64,000 nucleotides of DNA from assembly GCA_002269645.1 (NCBI GenBank), contig NIVC01001900.1, forward strand, positions 1 through 64,000. Reading direction: 5' to 3'. Of the stretch, positions 55,146 through 64,000 are shown one piece after another. Numbering within the stretch: position 1 is the stretch's first letter; every line of letters begins with the position of its first letter. The notes under the pieces are model-generated. The model made no database searches. It saw only the letters and a list, made by a program, of their open reading frames with translations, and had not been told where the DNA came from. This DNA is from Macrostomum lignano. Lineage: Eukaryota. A program made the translations under genes and the position numbers.

Positions 55146-56029
55146 AACGACTGGGCTGTGCATGGTCACTATGAGCACAGCTCTCAGCCCTCATCGCACC
55201 TTCTCTCTCCCCACTCATTTCTCCGCCAGCAGTCTCCATTGTTACTGCAGGCCGCTCTGCACACGCGAGCTTCATCGCACAGCTGCTGGCAAAGTACACC
55301 AGACCGCAGGCTGCACACACAGAAACGGAATGAGAGGCGCAGAGACTGCAGAGCTCAGCTGAGTGCAGCAGGGATTGCCAGCCAGACCAACTCGGTCTCC
55401 GATGCACATTTCCCGAATAGCGAGAAATTCGAATTTCGCACCGCTGCACAGACAAACAAAGTTAAATTAATAATTATCTGCAATAGAAAACTCACCCAGA
55501 ACAGGTACCAGTGTGTGCTCAGTAATTTCTCAGACTGAGCATTCTTGCAGCTGCAGAGATGCAATTCTGTGACCTGCGATACTGGCACCGATTCAAAGTG
55601 TGTGGCACACTGGCTTTTGCAGAGCTCAGCAGCCTTGCACTGGCAGCAGAGGATATTCAGCCAAGAACTCCTTGACCAGCACTGAACTCCCTGACTCGAA
55701 ATCTGACTGCATTTCGCATTCGACAGGTGAGTCGGTTTGGAATGAGGCTGGGAATGCCTTGAAATCTGGTTTGCTAATCCCACTGTGCATTGAGCACTTC
55801 TGCCTTCTTCTCCCTCTCTTCTCCCTCTCTACTCCCTCTCTTCTCCCTCTCTACTCCCTCTCTTCTCCCTCTCTCCCCTCTTCTCCCTCTCTCCCCTCTT
55901 CTCCCTCTCTTCCACTCTCTACTCCCTCTCTTCTCCTTCTCTTTTCTCTTTCTTTTTACCTCTCTTTATCTCTCATTTCGTTTATTTTCAACTTAATCTG
56001 CATTTCAGCTCATCACAGACTATGCAACA

Positions 56030-57709
56030 ATGAGTCTTGGACACTCCAGCGACAGCTCGAGTTCGGACGCGCCTCCCGCTACCCCAACTCCTCTCTGCAT
56101 CATCTGCGACCAAGCTGCAGTCGGTGTGGCTCCGTTCTCCCGCTGCCACATGTGCAGTCAACACCTCAGTGTCGATGTGGCCAATCTATTCAAGCTCAAG
56201 GAGGAGGTCGAAGAGCTGCTGCGAGCCTACTTACAAGAGTCACGAGACTCACAAGAGTCACAACATTCACAAGACTCACAAGGCGCAGCAGGTGCAGCTA
56301 GATGTGCAGCGCTGCTGCGACACCGACAAGACGCTGAGTCGCTGCGTCGTCTCGCTCTCGACATCCAACAGCAGCTGCAAGAGGTCAATCACAAATTCGA
56401 TTTGGTACAGCAACACATCGACTCGTTTCGTAGCAGGGTGACGGGCCAGCTCTCAGGTGTGCTTGAGGCAGTGCGTGTGTGCGAGCGGGACCTCGAGGAT
56501 GTCTCCAGCTACAAGCAGGAGGTGGCCACGGCGGAGGCTGCAGGCGACATGGCGGAGCTGCTTCGCCTGGTCCAGTCCATGCACGAATCTCTTGGAGACT
56601 TGGAGGCCGACTTTGAGAGGTCAGAGCGCCTGCTCAGAGACCAGAGCGACAATGAGGAGCTGCAGCTGCGGCTTCTGGGCCAGCTCGAGCGGCTGGTCGG
56701 CATTTGTGCGGGACGCAGTGAAGAGAGCGACTCGTCGAGAGACGCTGCGGTGACCGCGACATCCGATGAGATAGACAGAGATATAGCTGCTGAAATAGAA
56801 AAACTGCTGTTCGATCCGATGTTCTTTAGTCACGACGTGAAGCTGGATGACCCTGTTTCATGTCTAGCTGTGTGCAGTGACACCAGCGGATTCGTTGGTG
56901 ACCGCTCAGGCCGTGTGGTTCCCGCCGTCTCAGCGGGAGACGGCAGCGAGGCTTTGCCTCAGCCCTGCATCCTGGCATCATACTTTTCCGATAAGGACCA
57001 CCTACTGGTGCTGTCTGTGGACGGCTCAAAGAAGCTGCGGTGCCACTGCGACATCGACTGGAAGAAGCACATCTGGGGCCTTCACTGCGACCGTCAGCTG
57101 CTGTTCATTGCTCAGCGTGACGCAGTGACAGTGACGGACCTGAGCGGTCGCGCAGTTCGTCGAGTCCGCCCACACATCGAGGGCTTCGGTGACATCATGG
57201 GAATCGGCGCCAACGCAGCCTCCGTGTTTGTGTCCAGTGGAAACAAAATTGCTGCATTCAGCAAAGCGACTTGGCAGATGGAGACGGTCATCACGCTGTC
57301 TCAGCTTCCTGATGCTGATCTGCACAACCTGACAACTCACGACAACTGCATTCTGGTGACCGACTGGAATAAGTGGCGGGTGCACAGAGTGCGCACCGAC
57401 ACCCAGCAGCTGGTCGCCTCCTTCCCGACTCAGCGTTCCGGCCTCCAACAGTTTGCTGGTCCAATTGATGTGGCCGTCGACAGCAGAGGCCGCCTGTTCG
57501 TGAGTGAATATTGGGGTCACTCAGTTCGAGCGGTGGCTGCAGACGACGGGTCGCCAATGTGGACTCTGGGGACTCCGGGCGAGAGCGACAGCGAAGACGG
57601 GAGATCCTGGCATCCATGGGGTCTGGCGGTTTTTACGGGAGGTTCGTGCGAGCAGCTGGTGGTGGCTGACTGGGGCATCGGCAGACTGCAGGTGTTCAAT
57701 GCATCCTAA
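56030..57709 (+). CDS. RING-less TRIM-like protein (559 aa): degenerate B-box-like Cys/His motif, coiled coil, NHL-type beta-propeller; intronless CDS with a probable 5'UTR intron 55727-56008
   Basis: CIICD...CHMCSQH, heptad-rich region, NHL-like repeats FAGPIDVAVDSRGRLFVSEYWGHSV and WHPWGLAV...LVVADWGIGRLQVFN. GTGAGT donor at 55727 and CT-rich acceptor ending at 56008. Confidence 0.82.
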   Translation: MSLGHSSDSSSSDAPPATPTPLCIICDQAAVGVAPFSRCHMCSQHLSVDVANLFKLKEEVEELLRAYLQESRDSQESQHSQDSQGAAGAARCAALLRHRQDAESLRRLALDIQQQLQEVNHKFDLVQQHIDSFRSRVTGQLSGVLEAVRVCERDLEDVSSYKQEVATAEAAGDMAELLRLVQSMHESLGDLEADFERSERLLRDQSDNEELQLRLLGQLERLVGICAGRSEESDSSRDAAVTATSDEIDRDIAAEIEKLLFDPMFFSHDVKLDDPVSCLAVCSDTSGFVGDRSGRVVPAVSAGDGSEALPQPCILASYFSDKDHLLVLSVDGSKKLRCHCDIDWKKHIWGLHCDRQLLFIAQRDAVTVTDLSGRAVRRVRPHIEGFGDIMGIGANAASVFVSSGNKIAAFSKATWQMETVITLSQLPDADLHNLTTHDNCILVTDWNKWRVHRVRTDTQQLVASFPTQRSGLQQFAGPIDVAVDSRGRLFVSEYWGHSVRAVAADDGSPMWTLGTPGESDSEDGRSWHPWGLAVFTGGSCEQLVVADWGIGRLQVFNAS

Positions 57710-59419
57710 TTTTATTCACAGAGCTGTGGGGTTTCCTGAGTGATTGACTTTTTTGAGGCCTAGTTTTCGGTTGAGCTTTTCTAATCATGGAATTTTTAAC
57801 ACTGATGACCTTCTTTGTCTAATAATTGTTTATTATGTCCGGTATACGCAGAATTTATATTTATTAATGTTATTATTATTTATTAATAATGAATTATGAA
57901 TTAATAAAATTTAACTTTTGTTGGCCCTCAACACTTCTCTGATTGTTTTTATTTTCTAGAAGTTTCAGCACCAAAAATTGGGACTTGACAGTTGAACTGA
58001 ATTTCAACAAAAATGGCAAGCAGTTTGCTTAAATTCTGCTCACTGGCTGCAGACTCAGCGCTGGCGTCTGCGTTGCATTTTCCTCAATGGGTCACTGCTG
58101 TGTTTTATATGCATGGGCACAGGTACTTTTAGCTGGGAACTTATTGTTAAAATATAAGTGCCTCGGAAAGTTGAAATTGATAGCAGAGCTGAGTGTGCAT
58201 ACAAAACTCAATTTTCATGTACATCACAGCGCTGTCAGGAACTCCGGATGCACTTCTGAAATGCGTGTGCAAAAGTGAATGCAAATCTTTGCAGAGGTGA
58301 CGGGAAAAGTGCAAATCTGACAGGGCTTTGATGTAGATTGGAAGCTGGCTGCCTACAAAATGTTTTAAGCTGGAGTAGGAGATCTGAGCACAGGGATCTG
58401 GGTGGGGGGAGACACAGGGAGAATAAGGATCTGATGAATGGGAAACAAGGGGAGACAGGGGAGAGACAAAAGGAGACAGGGAAACAGGGGGATTCAGGCA
58501 TAGACAGGGGAGACAGGGAGAGACTGGCAGAAATTTTAGGCTTAGCCAATAACTTTTTGAAAAATTTCCCCAGCTCAAAAACTCGAAGACAGCTGTTGTC
58601 AGCCCCGAAAACGCGAATCCTCGGTGATGGTTTTAGCGATTGAAAGATTTCTTTGACTAGCCAACTGTCTCAGCTCGTAGATTAAACATGCTGGTTTGTT
58701 GGATGCTCAATAATGGACCTCCGAGCATCTGCTCTACTAAATGAAGATTAGGCCATAATCTGAGCATGTGTTCACACTCATTCATCATTTTGGGCACAGA
58801 TGTGACTTTTATAGTTTAGGCCAGGAAGTCTATTTTGTAGATAGACAGTGCTGCTTCTATTTGCCAATGTGGGGGACAGCGAAAGTGCAAAAATTAATTC
58901 TTCATTCGAATTCTGTGGTTTGGGATTTGGGATTCTAGCGCCCCTTAGCAACAGTTTTTGGCAACATTAACAGCGCATTCTTGCGCACCTTAACAACTAA
59001 ACCGTTAACCTTGACAACAGATCCACGGATTCTTGAGGCATTAGTAGGCAAATTGGCGATCTTGACAGCAAATTCTGGCGCCATTGGCAACAGAGATGAT
59101 AGCCTTGATCTGTTGTTATAGCAGTCGATTACGACTACTTTTAATAAGTATCTCGAGAACGGATTTTGTCGCTCTGGCAACCTTAGAAATCAAATTTTGG
59201 ACCTTGACAAACGGATTCTAGCGTCCTTAGCAACTGAATAATTGACCTTTACAAACTATGAGCTTTACAAAGACGCTAATCTCTCTTCTTGGGGGGATTA
59301 ACACTTGATGGGGATACGATGGTGTAAGACGCATTCCGAAATGATTAGTTAATTGCTGATTAATTGGTCGTAAGTTTGATAAAGTACACGAGCATGACCT
59401 ATCTAGCGACTCTGAAAGA

Positions 59420-60500
59420 AATTCAACTGCCGATTCTCATGGTGAGGGGAATCCAACTGCCGATTTTAATGGGTTGGCGGAATTCAACTTCCGATTTTCA
59501 TAGGGGGATTAAACTGCCGTTTCTCATAGGGGGAATTGAACTGCCGATCCTCATGGGGGAATCCAACTGCCGATTCTCATAGGGGAATTCAACTGCCGAT
59601 TCTCATAGGGGAATTCAACTGCCGATCCTCATGGGGGAATCCAACTGCCGATCCTCATAGGGGGAATCCAACTGCCGATTCTCATAGGGGAATTCAACTG
59701 CCGATTCTCATAGGGGAATTCAACTGCCGATCCTCATGGGGGAATCCAACTGCCGATCCTCATAGGGGGAATCCAACTGCCGATTCTCATATGGGAATTC
59801 AACTGCCGATTCTCATAGGGGAATTCAACTGCCGATTCTCATATGGGAATTCAACTGCCGATCCTCATATGGGAATTCAACTGCCGATTCTCATAGGGGA
59901 ATCCAACTGCCGATCCTCATAGGGGAATTCAACTGCCGATTCTCATAGGGGAATTCAACTGCCGATTCTCATATGGGAATTCAACTGCCGATCCTCATAT
60001 GGGAATTCAACTGCCGATTCTCATGGGGGAATCCAACTGCCGATCCTCATAGGAGAATCCAACTGCCGATCCTCATAGGAGAATCCAACTGCCGATTCTC
60101 ATAGGGAAATTCAACTGCCGATTCTCATAGGGAAATTCAACTGCCGATTCTCATAGGGAAATTCAACTGCCGATTCTCATAGGGAAATTCAACTGCCGAT
60201 TCTCATAGGGAAATTCAACTGCCGATTCTCATAGGGAAATTCAACTGCCGATTCTCATAGGGAAATTCAACTGCCGATTCTCATAGGGAAATCCAACTGC
60301 CGATTCTCATAGGGAAATCCAACTGCCGATTTTAATAGGTTGGCGGAATTTAACTTCCGATTTTCATAGGGGGAATTGAACTGCCGATCCTCATGGGGGG
60401 AATTCAACTGCCGAAGCTCATGGGGGAATTCAACTGCCGATCCTCATGGGGGGGAATCCAACTGCCGATCCTCATGGGGGAGTCAAACTGCCGATCTAAT
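59420..60500. repeat. 26-bp minisatellite GGGGAATTCAACTGCCGATTCTCATA
   Basis: Direct reading. Confidence 0.95.
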
Positions 60501-60944
60501 AACGGCAGTTGGATAACATCTTAACATCTTATATAACATAATAACATCTTATGGGGAGAATTCAACAACAGATTCTCATAGAGGGAATTCAACCACAGAA
60601 TCCCATGGGTGGTGGGAAGTTAGTGCTAGTCGATTCCCTGTGTTGATAAAGGATTTTTGTGGCTTTCTCTGACGAAATTAATCAGAAGGCAACTCGGATA
60701 GGAAGCAGGCGTTTCCACGGTAACTCAGAGTCAAGAACTAAGCTAACACACTTACTTTTGGGACGAGTTGATTAATTAATCATTCATACACTGACGGCAT
60801 GCATTAATATTTAACCGACTGAATGATTTGAAGTGTGAGTAATGTACGGTGAGCATAGTAACACGATACAATAGTCACCTTCTCTGATATATATTGGAAA
60901 TCTTGAGAAGCAGTTCCTCTCAGCACAAGATTCACACTGAAGCC

Positions 60945-61190
60945 ATGTCATCGTCTGAGAACTTAAATCCTCAACAAGCTCTGCAAAAAATCCAACAACA
61001 GCATCAAAAGTTCGATTGTCAACATGACCGAATTCAACAGCAGATTGAAATGCTGTCCGAGGTTCGAGCACTGCTCATCGATGGCCGAGATCTTGTTGAG
61101 CACACTGTAAGACTGACGGAGGAGATGCATCGAATTATGAAACTACCAATGTGGACTGCTGCTGCTTCTGCTTCTTCTAAAAGCCAATAA
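60945..61190 (+). CDS. Short Gln/Glu-rich coiled-coil ORF (MSSSENLNPQQALQKIQQQH...), gene or fragment
   Basis: Non-repetitive ORF with heptad character between two arrays; no family recognised. Confidence 0.35.
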   Translation: MSSSENLNPQQALQKIQQQHQKFDCQHDRIQQQIEMLSEVRALLIDGRDLVEHTVRLTEEMHRIMKLPMWTAAASASSKSQ

Positions 61191-61261
61191 AGTTGCTGCA
61201 TCTGCGACCGTGGGAAACAAGACAAGAAGAAGCGAACTACCGAACGGAATGACCTTGCGGC

Positions 61262-61775
61262 TCTCTGAGGGGAATTCAACTCTTGATTCTCTGAGGGGAA
61301 TTCAACTTTTAATTCTCTGAGGGGAATTCAACTTTTGAATCTCTGAGGGGAATTCAACTCTTGATTCTCTGAGGGGAATTCAACTCTTGATTCTCTGAGG
61401 GGAATTCAACTTTTAATTCTCTGAGGGGAATTCAACTTTTGATTCTCTGAGGGGAATTCAACTTTTGATTCTCTGAGGGGAATTCAACTTTTGATTCTCT
61501 GAGGGGAATTCAACTTTTGATTCTCTGAGGGGAATTTAACTTTTGATTCTCTGAGGGGAATTCAACTCTTGATTCTCTGAGGGGAATTCAACTCTTGATT
61601 CTCTGAGGGGAATTCAACTCTTGATTCTCTGAAGGGAATTCAACTGCTGATATTCTGAAGGGAATTCAACTGCTGATTCTCTTAGGGGAATTCAACTGCT
61701 GATTCTTTGAGGGGAATTCAACTGCTGATCCTTTGAGGGGAATTCAACCAGATTATCGTAGGGGGGATTCAACCA
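61262..61775. repeat. 26-bp minisatellite GAGGGGAATTCAACTTTTGATTCTCT, sibling of the 59.4-60.5 kb array
   Basis: Shares GGGGAATTCAACT...GATTCTC. Confidence 0.95.
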
Positions 61776-62552
61776 CATAACCCTTTAGACCTTTCCCTCT
61801 AGATCTCTAGATTCGCATCTACCTTAGGTATCTCCCAGATACGCAATATCACCCCCTCCATTCGGGATACATCAAAAGAAAAAAATAAGCAATAAAATAT
61901 TACAAAACAAATTGATTTTTAAACTGTCTACAAATCGAAACAATTTTGCAATAGTGCGCATCAAAGTGGCACTTTGTGAGCTAAAATATTTAATTGTTTT
62001 ACATTTTCGTTTTGTTTCTTTTTAAATAGTTTTAAACAAATATAAAACAAACAGATTTGAGCTTGCAAAGAGAAGCATAACCTGCTTTTGAAAGGTCCTA
62101 CTATCGATAGATAATATCTGTGCTAAAACAAAACAGTTAGCAGAGATCTATGATAATAATAATATGTACACTTAATGGAACAATTACAGAATTACATTTA
62201 TGTTATACGCCAGAAAATAAATCATATAGATACAATATAATCACCATTTTTCCGCAATAAAAACTGGGTAATTAGACGAAAAAAATGAAGCAACACAAGG
62301 GCTGCATACGTGCGAAATTCTCAGCTGGCAATTTTGTAGCAATGTTGTGTTTTCTCTCTGTCTCTAATTTCATGTGCTCAATTGAGCACACGCGAATGTC
62401 ACAGCGCTTTTAAATAAGGACGGATTAACTTTTAACTGTTTTTTTTTCAGTTTAACAGCTTTGTAGGAACATGATGTACTTTTTGAAAAATGGCATTGTT
62501 TGTGGAGCTCTTCTTCTAACTATGAGGGTAGGAAAGTGCTTCTTAAAGGGGG

Positions 62553-63845
62553 CTATTTTTCGATAGATGGGCGATTTTTCGATAGGTGGGCGATTTTCCG
62601 ATAGGTGGGCGATTTTCCGATAGGCGGGCGATTTTTCGATAGGTGGGCAATTTTCCGATAGGTGGGCGATTTTCCGATAGGTGGGCGATTTTTCGATAGG
62701 TGGGCGATTTTCCGATAGGTGGGCGATTTTCCAATAGGTGGGCGATTTTCCGATAGGTGGGCGATTTTTCGATAGGTGGGCGATTTTCCGATAGGTGGGC
62801 GATTTTTCGATAGGTGGGCGATTTTCCAATAGGTGGGCGATTTTCCGATAGGTGGGCGATTTTTCGATAGGTGGGCGATTTTTCGATAGGTGGGCGACTT
62901 TCCAATAGGTGGGCGATTTTTCGATAGGTGGGCGATTTTTCGATAGGTGAGTGATTTTCCGATAGGTGGGCGATTTTTCGATAGGTGGGCGATTTTTCGA
63001 TAGGTGGGCGATTTTTCGATAGGTGGGCGATTTTTCGATAGGTGAGTGATTTTTCGATAGGTGGGCGATTTTTCGATAGGTGAGCGATTTTTCGATAGGT
63101 GGGCGATTTTCCAATAGGTGGGCGATTTTCCGATAGGTGGGCGATTTTTCGATAGGTGGGCGATTTTTCGATAGGTGAGTGATTCTCCGATAGGTGGGCG
63201 ATTTTTCGATAGGTGAGCGATTTTTCGATAGGTGGGCGATTTTTCGATAGGTGAGTGATTTTCCGATAGGTGGGCGATTTTCCGATAGGTGGGCGATTTT
63301 TCGATAGGTGGGCGATTTTTCGATAGGTGGGCGATTTTTCGATAGGTGGGCGATTTTTCGATAGGTGAGTGCGATTTTTTCGATAGGTGGGCGATTTTTC
63401 GATAGGTGGGCGATTTTTCGATAGGTGAGCGATTTTTCGATTTTTCGATAGGTGGGCGATTTTTCGATAGGTGGGCGATTTTTCGATAGGTGAGTGATTT
63501 TTCGATAGGTGGGCGATTTTTCGATAGGTAGGCGATTTTTCGATAGGTGAGTGATTTTTCGATAGGTGGGCGATTTTTCGATAGGTGGGCGATTTTTCGA
63601 TAGGTGAGTGATTTTTCGATAGGTGGGCGATTTTTCGATAGGTGAGCGGTTTTTCGATAGGTGGGCGATTTTCCGATAGGTGGGCGACTCTTAGGAAGGG
63701 CGATTTTTCGATAGATGGGCGATTCTTGAGAGCGATTTTTCGATAGGTTGGCGATTCTTAAGACGGGGGGGGCGATTTTTTGATAGATGGGCGATTTTTA
63801 AGTGGGGGCGATTTTTCGATAGGTGGGCGATTTTTCAGTAGGCAA
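62553..63845. repeat. 19-bp minisatellite GATAGGTGGGCGATTTT(T/C)C, ~65 copies
   Basis: Direct reading; ORF translations repeat every 19 aa (3 units). Confidence 0.97.
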
Positions 63846-64000
63846 TTTTAACAGGAAACTGTCCAATTTAGATAGTAAATAGAAGCCTAACCAACACAAA
63901 CCTATTGATTGATTTTTCTGTATCCTATTTTTTTATCCCACAACTTATCTAAGAAAAATTCCACCCAAAATTAACTAAATAACCAACAAAAAATGATTGT

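Overview
This is eukaryotic (metazoan) genomic DNA, not prokaryotic. It has GT-AG spliced genes, and roughly 40-45% of the window is tandem repeat by hand tally. The style (minisatellite-filled introns, tiny introns, intronless B-box/NHL gene) suggests a flatworm such as Macrostomum; that is unverified inference. Layout: a 238-bp satellite array (1-~12.26 kb); a large multi-exon + strand gene of unknown function with a polyQ tract and a compact EF-hand-like C-terminus (~14.0-21.6 kb); a candidate small spliced gene (~24-26 kb); INPP1 (minus, 5 exons); a SAXO/FAM154 axonemal microtubule inner protein gene (minus, 5 exons) with a tRNA-derived CORE-type SINE in intron 2; a two-exon PKA type II regulatory subunit (minus); a RING-less B-box/coiled-coil/NHL gene with an intronless CDS (+); and about 25 different micro/minisatellite arrays. 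Most long ORFs in the supplied track are translations of tandem repeats. The most unusual signals are: sense-strand (UUAG)n arrays in 3' introns of three genes; an X-box/Kozak-like antisense mini-exon in the SAXO last intron; a ~65-bp proto-unit at the satellite edge; and RFX X-box-like sites near ciliary-type genes. All exon models were built by hand from splice signals and phase checks.
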